From the NCBI GenBank assembly GCA_016871615.1, contig VHCX01000005.1, positions 21,868-85,867 on the forward strand: a stretch of DNA of 64,000 nt, written 5' to 3'. Source of the stretch: Verrucomicrobiota bacterium. Lineage in GTDB: Bacteria > Verrucomicrobiota > Verrucomicrobiia > Limisphaerales > UBA9464. The notes beneath the pieces are model-generated. The model saw nothing but the letters and a program-made list of their open reading frames with translations, ran no database searches and was not told the origin of the DNA. Positions within the stretch are counted from its first letter, which is position 1. Every line of letters begins with the position of its first letter. Of this stretch, positions 17,008 to 27,200 are shown one piece after another. Both the position numbers and the translations under genes were made by a program.

Positions 17008-20000
17008 ATGAACACCCCTTCCCGCCGGACCGACCGTCGCCGCGGCCCACTCCTGGCCTTCCTGTCCGCCTTGGTGCTCCTCATGGCGGCACCCGCCGCC
17101 GCCACGGCCCAGGAGTCGCGGTCGATCCCGCCGGCCCTGCGGCCTTGGGAATCATGGGCGACCTGGAACGACACGCACCGCTTCTGCCCGACCCCGTACT
17201 CCGACCCGAAGATCCATCGCTGTCACTGGCCGAGCCGCCTCGAGCTGCAGGTGACCAACTCCGGCGGCCGCTTCACGCTGTTCCTCACGGCGTTCCACGA
17301 GACGTGGGTGCCCCTGCCCGGCGGGGCCGACGCCTGGCCCCAGGACGTGCGCGTGGCGGGCCGGCCGGTGGTGGTGGTGGAACGCGACGGGGCGCCGGCG
17401 GTCCGGGTCGGGCCCGGGGACGCCCGGCTCGAGGGCGTGTACCGGTGGAACGAATTGCCTCAGGGCCTGAAGATCCCGGGCTCGCTCGGCATCCTGTCGC
17501 TGGTGCGGGATGGCCGGGCCGTGGACAACCCCGTGTGGGACGCGCAGGGACAACTCTGGCTGCGGCGGGACGCCTCGGCCGAGACGACCGAGCGCAACTT
17601 CCTCGAGGTGAGGGTCTCGAGCCTGCTCGAGGACGGCATCCCGATGTGGTGGCGCCAGGAGGTCGAGCTGACGATCGCCGGCAGGAGCCGCGAGGAGGAC
17701 CTCGGCCACCTGCTGCCCGAGGGCTGGAGACTGGCCTCGGTGAAGTCGCCGATCCCCGTGAGCGTGGACGCCGAGGGCCGGGCCAAGGCGCAGGTGCGTG
17801 CGGGCACCTGGACGGTCCGCCTGGAGAGCTTCCGCCACGACAACCCCACCGAGGTGCGCTTCGCCCCGGGCACGCGCCCGGCCGTGCCGGAGCAACTGGT
17901 GGCCTTCCGGGCGAAGCCGGAGTTCCGGGTGCTCGAGTTCACCGGACCGCCGTCCATCGACCCGTCGCAGAACCGCTTCCCGGCCGACTGGAAGAACCTG
18001 CCCGTGCACCGCTGGGATCCGAAGGCCCCGGTGCGGCTGGTCGAACGGCTGCGCGGCATGGGCGCGCAGAAGCCGGCGGGCCTGGCCATCGAGCGGACCC
18101 TCTGGCTGGACGAGGACGGCCGTGGGCTCACCTTCCAGGATCGCCTCGAGGGCCAGATGCAGCAGGTGTGGCGCCTGGACGCGGCGGAAGGCCAGGAACT
18201 TGGCTCGGTGAGCAGCCAGGGCGAGGGCCAGCTCATCACCATCAATCCCGTGACGCGGGCGGCGGGCGTGGAGCTGAGATCCCGGTCGGTGGAGGTCGAG
18301 GCCACCGGGCGGCTTGGGAACCCGGCCTCGCTGCCGGCGACCGGGTGGCGTTCGGACGCCGAGTCGGTCCGGGTCACCCTGCACCTGCCGCCGGGGTGGC
18401 GGCTGCTGGCCCTCTTCGGCGCGGACTGGGTCCAGGGCGACTGGCTCACGGCCTGGACACTGCTGGACCTCTTCCTGCTGCTGGTCTTCTCGCTGGCGGT
18501 GTTCCGCCTCCGGGGCTGGGCGACGGCGATCCTGGCCTTCGCCGCCTTCGGGCTCGCCTACCATGAGCCGGGCGCGCCGAGGTATCCGTGGCTGGCGCTG
18601 CTGGTTCCCCTGGCCCTCGCGCCCCGGTTGCCCCAGGGCACGGGCAGGCGCCTGGTCTCGGTCGGCCAGGCACTGGCCGTTGGGCTCCTGCTGCTGGGCC
18701 TCGTGCCCTTCGTCACGCGGCAGGTGCAGCAGGCGCTCTATCCCCAGCTCGAGCCCTCCGGGGATCACGGCTTCGCGCCACCCGAGGCCCGCCAGAAGGC
18801 CCGGATGGAACAGGTGCCCAAACAGGTGCCCACAGACACGGTCCCGACCCCCGGCAAGCCCGGGATGTCCCCGGAGATGCTCCGCCGCTACGGCCTGGTC
18901 GCCGCCGCCCGGGCGACCGGCGACGCATCGGCCGCTGGCCCCACGGCCCTGGCCGCCTCGGGCTTCATGAACAACCTCGGCCAGGACGACAAGGCGCGGA
19001 TCCAGACGGGGCCGGGGATTCCCGAATGGACCTGGCGATCGGTGAGCTTCGGCTGGAACGGGCCGGTGGGAGCGTCCCAGCGCCTGCGCCCCGTGCTCGT
19101 CCCGCTGGGGCTGGAGCGGGCGCTGACCGTCCTGCGCACGGGACTGCTCATCGCGCTGGCCGCCCTGCTGCTGCGCGGTGTCCGGCCCGGCGGCGGATCC
19201 CGGACGACCCCGGAGGACGACGCCCCGCCGATCCCGCCGATCCCCCAAAACCCGCAAATCCCGCAAATCCCGCAGGCGACACCGCCACCGCCCCCCGTTG
19301 GCCCGTCCGCGACGGCCTCGCTGGCGGTGGCGCTGCTGGTCCTCGGGGGCATGGTCACCATCCTTCCGGCAGCCCGGGCCGACGACGCCATCCCCCGGGC
19401 GGCGGAGGCCGTGGCCAGCCCGGCAGACGGCGCGACGATCCCCGATGCGGCAACCCTCGAGACGCTCCGGCGGCGCCTGCTGGAAACCTCCGATGCCTTC
19501 CCCAATGCGGCCAGCATCGCGCGCGTCAACCTCGGGATCCGGGGCCAGCGGCTCCGGATGGAGATGGAGATCCATTGCGCGACCCAGACGGCCGTCCCGC
19601 TGCCCGGCCGCCTGCCCTCCCTCTCGCCGCTCACGGTCGGCATGGACGGCCAATGGAGCGCCGCGGTGCGCCGGGACGACGGCTACCTGTGGGCGGTGGT
19701 TCCCGCCGGCGTGCACACCCTCCGTCTGGAGGCCCAGCTGGCCGGGGCCGGCGACTGGGAGTGGACCTACCTGCTCAAGCCCCGCCAGGTGAACATCGAT
19801 GCGCCCGACTGGACGGTGGTCGGCGTGCGGCCGGACGGCGTGCCCGAGGCGCAGGTGTTCTTCTCGCCCAAGCAGAAGGCCACCGCCGAGGCCGCGAGCT
19901 ACGACCGGCAGGACCTCCAGCCCATCGTCGCCGTCGAGCGCCGGATCGAACTGGGGCTGCAATGGCGGGTGCGAACGGTCGTCCGCCGGCTCTCGCCTGC

Positions 20001-21339
20001 CGGGCGCGCGGTGTCCCTGCGCATCCCCCTCCTGCCGGGGGAGAACGTGCTGACGACGGGCCGTTCCGTGCAGGACGGCGGGCTGGAGGTGCGGCTCGGT
20101 GCCCAGGAGGAGACCTTCGAGTGGGAGGGGGGCCTGGCCCCGGTCGAGACCCTGGCGCTGGCCTCCCGAGTGTCCGACACCTGGGTGGAGCGCTGGCACC
20201 TGGCGACCTCGCCCGTGTGGCATGTGGAGCTGTCCGGGCTGGCTCCGGTCTTCGAGTCGGGGAACACGATGCTGGAACCGGTCTGGCGGCCGTGGCCCGG
20301 GGAGTCGGTGAGCCTGGCGGTCCGCAGACCGGAGGCCGTCGCTGGATCCACGATGACCGTGAACCGGGTCGAGCACGGGGTGACCCTCGGCCAGCGGCAG
20401 CGCCTCTCGACGCTGGACCTGACGATCCGCTGCAGCCTGGGTGAGGACTTCCGGCTTGAACTGCCCGCCGACGCCGAGATCACCACCCTCACCCACCTCC
20501 GCCAGGAGATCCCGGTGCGGCGCGAGGGCACCCGCCTGATCGTGCCGCTGCGCCCGGGCGAGCAGACGCTGACGGTGGGCTGGAAGGAGAACCTTCCGCA
20601 GGGCCTGCGCGCCGACAACGGCCGGGTGCGGCTGCCGGTCGAGGGGGCCAACGTGCACAGCTCGATCGGCGTGGGCCAGGACCGCTGGGTGCTCTGGGCC
20701 TCCGGGCCGAGGCGCGGACCGGCCGTCCGATTCTGGGGCATCCTCGCGGTCTCGCTGCTGGCCGGGCTGGCGCTGGGCCGGCTGCCGGGCTCACCCCTGG
20801 GCGTGGCGCCCTGGATGCTGCTGCTCGTGGGGCTGACGCAGGTGCCGCTGCCGGCGGCGGCCGTCGTCATCGGATGGTTCTTCGTCGTGCGGTGGCGCGG
20901 CCAGCCGGCCTTCCAGGGCCTGCCCTGGCTGGCCTATGACGCGGCCCAGGTGCTCCTGGCCGCCCTGACGCTGGCCGCACTGGGCATCCTGGTCTACGCC
21001 GTGAGCGCCGGCCTGCTGGGCAACCCACGGATGTTCATCATCGGCAACGAGTCCACCAGCACGCTGCTGCGGTGGTTCCAGGCGCGGACCGCCGGCGAGG
21101 CGCTGCCGGTCTGCGAATGCGTCTCGGTGTCGATCTGGTGGTACCGCTTCGCGATGCTGCTGTGGGCGCTCTGGCTGGCCGTGTCGGTGCTGGGCTGGCT
21201 GGGCCTGGCCTGGAGGAACTTCGCCAGCGGCGGATTCCTGCGGCGCCATCCCGGGAAGCAGGCCGAGGCGGCGACTCCTCCGGCGCCGCCGACCCTGGGT
21301 GCCGTGGCTTCCGGATCCGCCCCGGGGTCGGACCACTGA
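17008..21339 (+). CDS. Very large (1443 aa) orphan multi-pass membrane protein with two large extracytoplasmic regions
   Basis: ATG 17008. The signal peptide 'LLAFLSALVLLMAAPAAATAQE' is followed by hydrophobic clusters near 18440-18720, 19090-19170, 19320-19370 and 20700-21250, and a Pro-rich tract at 19210-19300. GC3 bias is consistent throughout. The antisense 1168-aa ORF is a shadow. Confidence 0.8.
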   Translation: MNTPSRRTDRRRGPLLAFLSALVLLMAAPAAATAQESRSIPPALRPWESWATWNDTHRFCPTPYSDPKIHRCHWPSRLELQVTNSGGRFTLFLTAFHETWVPLPGGADAWPQDVRVAGRPVVVVERDGAPAVRVGPGDARLEGVYRWNELPQGLKIPGSLGILSLVRDGRAVDNPVWDAQGQLWLRRDASAETTERNFLEVRVSSLLEDGIPMWWRQEVELTIAGRSREEDLGHLLPEGWRLASVKSPIPVSVDAEGRAKAQVRAGTWTVRLESFRHDNPTEVRFAPGTRPAVPEQLVAFRAKPEFRVLEFTGPPSIDPSQNRFPADWKNLPVHRWDPKAPVRLVERLRGMGAQKPAGLAIERTLWLDEDGRGLTFQDRLEGQMQQVWRLDAAEGQELGSVSSQGEGQLITINPVTRAAGVELRSRSVEVEATGRLGNPASLPATGWRSDAESVRVTLHLPPGWRLLALFGADWVQGDWLTAWTLLDLFLLLVFSLAVFRLRGWATAILAFAAFGLAYHEPGAPRYPWLALLVPLALAPRLPQGTGRRLVSVGQALAVGLLLLGLVPFVTRQVQQALYPQLEPSGDHGFAPPEARQKARMEQVPKQVPTDTVPTPGKPGMSPEMLRRYGLVAAARATGDASAAGPTALAASGFMNNLGQDDKARIQTGPGIPEWTWRSVSFGWNGPVGASQRLRPVLVPLGLERALTVLRTGLLIALAALLLRGVRPGGGSRTTPEDDAPPIPPIPQNPQIPQIPQATPPPPPVGPSATASLAVALLVLGGMVTILPAARADDAIPRAAEAVASPADGATIPDAATLETLRRRLLETSDAFPNAASIARVNLGIRGQRLRMEMEIHCATQTAVPLPGRLPSLSPLTVGMDGQWSAAVRRDDGYLWAVVPAGVHTLRLEAQLAGAGDWEWTYLLKPRQVNIDAPDWTVVGVRPDGVPEAQVFFSPKQKATAEAASYDRQDLQPIVAVERRIELGLQWRVRTVVRRLSPAGRAVSLRIPLLPGENVLTTGRSVQDGGLEVRLGAQEETFEWEGGLAPVETLALASRVSDTWVERWHLATSPVWHVELSGLAPVFESGNTMLEPVWRPWPGESVSLAVRRPEAVAGSTMTVNRVEHGVTLGQRQRLSTLDLTIRCSLGEDFRLELPADAEITTLTHLRQEIPVRREGTRLIVPLRPGEQTLTVGWKENLPQGLRADNGRVRLPVEGANVHSSIGVGQDRWVLWASGPRRGPAVRFWGILAVSLLAGLALGRLPGSPLGVAPWMLLLVGLTQVPLPAAAVVIGWFFVVRWRGQPAFQGLPWLAYDAAQVLLAALTLAALGILVYAVSAGLLGNPRMFIIGNESTSTLLRWFQARTAGEALPVCECVSVSIWWYRFAMLLWALWLAVSVLGWLGLAWRNFASGGFLRRHPGKQAEAATPPAPPTLGAVASGSAPGSDH

Positions 21340-21378
21340 GGCGGGCGACCCCGGGGTCGCCCCGGGGCGCCTCGGAGC

Positions 21379-23096
21379 TCAGCGCCCGGCGGCCTTGAGT
21401 GAGGCCTCGCGGGCCGCCCGGAACTCGCTGGACGGGTTCCAGCGGGGGGCGCGGCGGTCGTCGGCCAGGCGGCGGAGGATGTCGTGGTACAGGCGCAGGT
21501 CCTCGGCCGCGCCGGTGAGGTCCCAGCCGGGCTTCACCTCGTCGCTGACCTTGTGGTAGTCGCGCTCGATGTACTCGTTGACCTTCGACTCGCCGTACCC
21601 GGTGGGCTTGCCGAGGTACTCGTCGCCGGCCTTGAGGTACAATCCCGGCACGCCGCCCTTCATGAACTCGAAGTGGTCGCTGCGGTAGAACATGCCGCGC
21701 TCGGGATGGGCGTCAGGAAGCACCACCCGTCCCCGGGAGCGGGCGACGGCGTCGACCACCGCATCGACGGTCGAGGCGCCCCGGCCGATCTGACGGAGGT
21801 CCCGGGTCCGACCCCATCGACGGTCGAGGCGCCCCGGCCGATCTGACGGAGGTCCCGGGTCCGGCCCCAGGTGTTCATGCCGTCGATGTTGAGGTTGGCG
21901 ACCGTCCTGGCCAGCGGGTACACCGGCCGGGCCACGTAGTGCGCCGCGCCCAGGAGTCCCTGCTCCTCGGCCGTCACCGACAGGAAGAGCATCGAGCGCC
22001 GGGGCGCCCGCGCAGCCGTCCCGAATGCCTCGGCCAACTCGAGCAGACCCGCCGTGCCGATGGCATTGTCGGCGGCCCCGTTGAAGATCTGGTCGCCCTC
22101 GAGGCTCGCGTTCCGGCCCAGATGATCCCAGTGGGCGGTCACCACGACCCACTCGTCACGGAGCTTCGGATCGCGCCCCCGAACCACCCCGAGCACGTTC
22201 CTGGACTTCAACGGGCGGGACTCGTTGCGCGCCGTGAAGGCGGCCTTCTGCTTCAGGGTCACCGCGCGGAACCCGGGCCTCCGCGCCGCCTCCTTCATCG
22301 CCTCGTAGGTGGTGCCGTTGGCGGCGAAGAGTTTCCGGGCACGGTCCAGGTGCATCCAGCCGGCGATGGCGGTCTTGGGCGATCGATCGCTGGCGAGGTC
22401 GAAGCGCTCCCGCCCCCAGGAGTTGATGACCACGAACCACGGATACGCCGCCGGGGCCGTCTCGTGGATGATCAGGGCCGCGGCCGCACCCCGGCGGCCG
22501 GCCTCCTCGAACTTGTAGGTCCAGCGGCCGTAGTAGGTCATGGCCTTGCCGCCGAACCACTTCGGGTCGAGCTGGTCGGGACGCGCCGGGTCGGGGATCG
22601 GCGGGTCGTTGACGAGGACGACGAGGGTCTTGCCCCGAACGTCCACGTCGCGGAAGTCGTTCCAGCCGTATTCGGGGGCGTCGATGCCATAGCCCACGAA
22701 GACCACGTCGTTGTCCGGCACGGAGACCTCGACCCCGGGGCCCGGGCTCCAGGCCACGTAATCCTGCGGCCCCATCAGGTCCTCTCCGCCGAGGGTGAAT
22801 CCCACCGAGGACTTCACGCCCACGATCGGGACATCCTGCGTCCACGACCCGTCGGGCATCCCCGGCTGGAGACCGGCCCGACGGAACTGCTGGATGAGGT
22901 AGTCGATGGTCTTGGCCTCGCCCGGGGTGCCCGGACCGCGCCCCTCAAACTCGTCGCTGGCCAGCACCCCGGTGCGCTCGAGGAGGTCCTCCGGCCGGAT
23001 GGATCCGGCGCCCCGGGGTTCGGCGGCGAAGGCGAGGAGGGGCATCGCGGCCGCGAGCGCGGCGGCGATCCGTGGCACCCATGGGGTCGTGGGCAT
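21379..23096 (-). pseudogene. M28-family aminopeptidase (PA-domain containing), frame broken by a 53-bp tandem duplication
   Basis: Two overlapping ORFs (21660..23192 and 21379..22152) both read 'WGRTRDLRQIGRGASTVD'. The N-terminal part has a signal peptide, a PA-like insert, 'VVVTAHWDHLG', 'GA.DNA.G' and 'LF...T.EE.GLLG'. The C-terminal part has 'ERGMFYRSDHFEF'. The span is 1718 nt, and 1718-53=1665=3x555. Confidence 0.85.
21762..21867. repeat. Tandem direct duplication, 2 x 53 bp
   Basis: 21762-21814 and 21815-21867 are identical apart from one base (A at 21811, G at 21864). On the coding strand that is GGT versus GGC, both Gly. Two bp of junction microhomology (ca). Confidence 0.95.
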
Positions 23097-23380
23097 GACC
23101 TCGCCAATGGAATGCCAATCCATCCCGCAAGCAACCCTCCAACCAACCACCAGACACCCCGCTCGAACGGCCGCCAGTCGGGTGCGCGACACCCCGCCCC
23201 CGACGCACGAGACTTCCGGGATGGCACCTCGGTCGCAGGATCTGCAGGTTTGACAACCGCCGGGATCCCCCGCTCGTATTCGAAGCGCCCTCGGGATGTA
23301 TTTCGGATCTGCCGATCGGCCACGCCCCCGGACCTGATGGCGGCGGTGGGTGCGGGAGGAGTTGAACCGAGTTTCCGCCC

Positions 23381-24835
23381 ATGACCCCGGATTCCCACGA
23401 CGACGAACAACGCCTGCGCGAACTCGGCTACCGCCAGGAGCTGGCCCGGCGGATGGGCGGGTTCTCCAACTTCGCCATCTCGCTGGCCATCATCTGCATC
23501 CTGTCGGGCGGGATCACCTCGTTCCATGTCGGCTTCAACAGCGCAGGCGGCGCGAGCCTCGGGCTGGGCTGGCCGCTGGTGGGCCTCTTCTCGCTGTGCG
23601 TGGCGGCCACCATGGCCCAGGTGGCCAGCGCCTTCCCCACGGCGGGCGGGCTCTACCACTGGGGCAGCCTGCTGGGCGGACGGGCCTGCGGGTGGGTGAC
23701 GGCATGGTTCAACCTGGCAGGCCTCGTCACCGTGCTCGCGGCCATCAACACGGGCACCTACGACTTCGCCACCGCGGCCTTCGGGTGGACCCCGGCACCG
23801 GACTCCGCCAGCATGACCCGCGTCGTCGCCGTGTCGGCGATGACGCTGTCGCAGGCGCTGCTCAACCACCACGGGATCCGCTGGACCACCCGGCTCACCG
23901 ACTTCAGCGGGTGGCTCATCCTAGCGGTGTCGACGGTGATGACCGCAGCGTTGCTCGTGGCCACGCCGCACTGGGAGTGGTCGCGCCTGTGGACCTTCAC
24001 CAACTTCAGCGGATTGCCGGAGGGGGCGCCGGTGTTCCCCCGCCAGGAGTCGTTGCCGTGGCTCTTCTGCCTGGGATTCCTGCTGCCCGCCTACACCCTC
24101 ACGGGGTTCGACGCCTCGGCCCACACCTCGGAGGAGACCCGGGAGGCCGCGTGCAACGTGCCCCGGGGCATCGTCCGGTCGGTGGCCGTGTCGGCCGGAT
24201 TCGGCTGGGTGATGATCGTAGCCCTGCTGCTGGCCATGCCCGACCTGAAGGGCGGCGCGGCCAAGGGCTTCGAGATCGTGCCCTGGATCCTGCGATCGGC
24301 GCTGGGAGAACGCGTCGCGCAGGCGCTGCTCGTCGGCGTGGTGACGGCCCAATACCTCTGCGGACTGGCCGCGCTGACCTCGGCCTCGCGCATGACCTAC
24401 GCCTTCGCCCGGGACGACGGCCTGCCGGGCTCCGCCTGGCTCAAGTCGGTCGATCCGACCACGCAGTCGCCGTCGGCGGCCGTCTGGACCAGCGCCCTGG
24501 CCTCGGTGGCCCTGGTGGTGATGCTGCGCTACGAGACCATCGCCGCGGTGTGCGCGGTGTTCCTGTACCTCAGCTACGTGCTTCCGGTCGCGGCCGGGGC
24601 CTGGGCCCACGGTCGCACCTGGACCCGCTTCGGCCCCTTCCAACTGGGCTCGGCCTTCCGGCCCCTGGCCGTGCTGGCGGTTCTCGGATGCCTGTTCCTG
24701 CTGGTGATCGGTGTGCAACCGCCCAACCAGCAGGCCCTGCCCATCCTGGTCGGAAGCACGGCCTTGCTGGTGGCGGTCTGGTTCGGTCTCGAGCGCCGCC
24801 GCTTCAAGGGCCCACCGGGTGGTCGCCTGTCCTGA
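23381..24835 (+). CDS. APC-superfamily amino acid permease
   Basis: 'FSNFAISLAIICILSG', 'AQVASAFPTAGGLYHW' and about 12 hydrophobic segments; typical amino-acid/polyamine/organocation transporter layout. Confidence 0.88.
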   Translation: MTPDSHDDEQRLRELGYRQELARRMGGFSNFAISLAIICILSGGITSFHVGFNSAGGASLGLGWPLVGLFSLCVAATMAQVASAFPTAGGLYHWGSLLGGRACGWVTAWFNLAGLVTVLAAINTGTYDFATAAFGWTPAPDSASMTRVVAVSAMTLSQALLNHHGIRWTTRLTDFSGWLILAVSTVMTAALLVATPHWEWSRLWTFTNFSGLPEGAPVFPRQESLPWLFCLGFLLPAYTLTGFDASAHTSEETREAACNVPRGIVRSVAVSAGFGWVMIVALLLAMPDLKGGAAKGFEIVPWILRSALGERVAQALLVGVVTAQYLCGLAALTSASRMTYAFARDDGLPGSAWLKSVDPTTQSPSAAVWTSALASVALVVMLRYETIAAVCAVFLYLSYVLPVAAGAWAHGRTWTRFGPFQLGSAFRPLAVLAVLGCLFLLVIGVQPPNQQALPILVGSTALLVAVWFGLERRRFKGPPGGRLS

Positions 24836-24953
24836 ACGATGCCGTTGGATCGGTCGTGCTGGCTGAGAGCCCGGGGTCGAGGGCGCCAACCGAGCCCCCA
24901 GGGGCGATCCCGCGCGCGGAACGGTCCGGCGACCCATTTTTGGGCATTCCTTC

Positions 24954-26135
24954 ATGCGAACGACCTGCTTTGCTCAGGCCATGCAACGACCGATCCATGC
25001 CCGGGGACGCTCCGGGCGGTCCTGGCCGGCCCTGGCCGCGCTGGTCTGGCTGCTCGGGATCGCAGGCGTCTCCCCGGCGGTCGCCCTCGACCGGGAACGC
25101 CTCTTCGGCCCCGAGGTGAAGACCGGCGACTACAAGCACCCGGCCAGCTTCACCGAGCTGGGGAACGGGGACCTGTATGTGGTCTTCTTCAGCGGCCGGG
25201 GGGAGTACAAGGACAACCAGGCGGCGGTCTTTGGGTCGCGACGGAAAGCCGGGACGCGCCGATGGTCCAAGCCCGTCTCCATCGCCAGCAACCCGTTCCA
25301 CGCGCTGGGCAACGCGGTGGTCTGGGAGGCCCCGGACGGGGTGGTTTGGCTCTTCTACGTCACCCGCCACGGCGAGCTGTGGAGCGATTCCCGCATCACG
25401 GCGAAGATCTCGCGGGATGGTGCCGCGACCTGGTCCGAGCCCTTCCAGGTCACCTTCGAGGCCGGCACCATGGTGCGCAACCGGCCGATCGTCCTCTCGG
25501 ACGGCCACTGGTTGCTGCCGGTGTACCACGAGGTCGGCACGGACCCGGAGCTGGACGATCCCCGCAACCGTTCGTTCTTCCTGCGCTACGATCCCACGAG
25601 GAGGACCTGGACCGAGAGCAATCGCGTCGGCTCGCGCCTGGGCAACATCCAGCCCGCCCCGGCGGTCATCGACGGCGACCACCTGGTGGCCTTCTGCCGG
25701 CGGGGTGGCGATTATCAGGGACGCCCGGACGGCTGGATGGTGCGCACCGAGTCGCAGGATGGCGGACGCACCTGGAGCGAGGGCACGGACAGCCCGCTGC
25801 CCAACCCGAACGCCGCCGTGGAATTCCTGAGGCTGCGCTCCGGCCGGCACCTGCTGGTGTACAACCACAGCTTCACCAACCGGACCCCTCTGACGGCAGC
25901 CCTGTCGTCGGACGGCGGGAGAACCTTCTCCCGGCGCCTCGACCTCGAGGCCGACCCCAAGGGGGACTACGGCTATCCCACCGCCCTGCAGTCGCGCGAC
26001 GGCCGGATCCAGGTGCTGTACACCAGCGACGAGCGCACGGTGGTGCGCCGCATCGTGCTGACGGAGGACGAGTTGCTGGGCCAGGCAACCCGTCCCCCGG
26101 AGCCGGCGCACGGGACGGCTGCCCCGGGTCGTTGA
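24954..26135 (+). CDS. Exported BNR/Asp-box repeat protein, sialidase (exo-alpha-sialidase, GH33-like) family
   Basis: Signal-like N-terminus. Asp-box motifs 'SRDGAATWSEP', 'SQDGGRTWSEG' and 'SSDGGRTFSRR'. The beta-propeller-like repeat spacing fits. Confidence 0.75.
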   Translation: MRTTCFAQAMQRPIHARGRSGRSWPALAALVWLLGIAGVSPAVALDRERLFGPEVKTGDYKHPASFTELGNGDLYVVFFSGRGEYKDNQAAVFGSRRKAGTRRWSKPVSIASNPFHALGNAVVWEAPDGVVWLFYVTRHGELWSDSRITAKISRDGAATWSEPFQVTFEAGTMVRNRPIVLSDGHWLLPVYHEVGTDPELDDPRNRSFFLRYDPTRRTWTESNRVGSRLGNIQPAPAVIDGDHLVAFCRRGGDYQGRPDGWMVRTESQDGGRTWSEGTDSPLPNPNAAVEFLRLRSGRHLLVYNHSFTNRTPLTAALSSDGGRTFSRRLDLEADPKGDYGYPTALQSRDGRIQVLYTSDERTVVRRIVLTEDELLGQATRPPEPAHGTAAPGR

Positions 26136-26257
26136 CGGAGCCGGGGAACGGCACCGAGGGACCGGGCGGCGGATTGGACGGATGGGCCCAGCCGCTGGCC
26201 CATGGGGGTGGTCAAAACCATGGAATTTGTGCGGGAGGGAATTGGGGCCGGAGGGGG

Positions 26258-27142
26258 TTAGGGCGGCAGTTCGGTCGGGGTGGGGGGCGATTCCACGGCC
26301 TCGAGGGATCGGAGGGCCGACAGAGCGATGAGGCCGGCCTCGGCCAATTCGGAGCCGGGCGAGGTCTCCACCAACCGGAGAAGGCCCTGGACCGCCTCCG
26401 GATTGCGGATGCGCTCGATGGCCCAGGCCAACGCGGCGCGGGCGGCCGGCCGGCCGGCCGCCTCCGCGTGGCCACGGATCAACCCCTCGACCGTGGCCGG
26501 ACGAGCCCCCCGGGCGAGGGTTTCGACGATGGTCTCGATGAGGTCGACGTCGTCGATCCGGGACAGGGCGATCGCCAGGGCCTCCATGTCTTCCTCGGTG
26601 GAAAACCCCTTGAAGGCCTCCAGCAGCGCCGCGGTGTCGGCAGGAGACCGCCGCTCAAGACTGGCCCGGACCAAGGCGTCGACGGCGCCGGCACCGCCGA
26701 GTGAAGCCATGCGGTCGGCCCAGAATCCCCGCTGCTCCGGGGTGGCGGCCGATGCAAGTCCCTCCTCGAGCGACGGCAGGCCCGGCGATCCCGGGTCGAC
26801 GCCGCCGTCCAAGAAGGGCCCAGGGCCGTCGAGGGAGGACTCGTGGGACGACGCATTGAGGCTTCCGGGCGTTCCCGCTGGAGACCACGGATCCCCAGGA
26901 TCAACTCCCATACCGACTGCTCCTACTCCTACTCCTCGGGGTCCCCGGCCGACGAAGAACGGCGAACCCTCCCGGCGGGAACCTCGGCCCGGGGTCCCCG
27001 ATGCGCTTGCCATGGCCTCCGGCCCGCGCCCGGCCGGACCGGAGATCCCCTCCGGATCGGGGAGGACCGGGTCACGGCGCCAGCCGAGCGGGATCACCAG
27101 GATGAGACCCAAGAGCAGCAGGAGGATTCCGGTGGAGTTCAT
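26258..27142 (-). CDS. Membrane-anchored HEAT/PBS-lyase-like repeat protein
   Basis: ATG 27142. N-terminal TM 'ILLLLLGLILVIPLGW', a Gly/Pro-rich linker, then a C-terminal helical repeat region ('AVDALVRASL', 'IETIVETLARG', 'AVQGLLRLVE'). Confidence 0.6.
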   Translation of the reverse strand: MNSTGILLLLLGLILVIPLGWRRDPVLPDPEGISGPAGRGPEAMASASGTPGRGSRREGSPFFVGRGPRGVGVGAVGMGVDPGDPWSPAGTPGSLNASSHESSLDGPGPFLDGGVDPGSPGLPSLEEGLASAATPEQRGFWADRMASLGGAGAVDALVRASLERRSPADTAALLEAFKGFSTEEDMEALAIALSRIDDVDLIETIVETLARGARPATVEGLIRGHAEAAGRPAARAALAWAIERIRNPEAVQGLLRLVETSPGSELAEAGLIALSALRSLEAVESPPTPTELPP

Positions 27143-27200
27143 GGGGCCGTGGACGGGAAGGGCGATTCCAGAAGACAGAGGACAGGCCGTGAACCCCGGA

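Noticed and set aside
17152-20658. A 1168-aa minus-strand ORF opposite the giant membrane protein gene
   Set aside because: Its composition is low-complexity Arg/Gly/Pro, with no hydrophobic or domain pattern. The forward frame has a signal peptide and coherent TM clusters.
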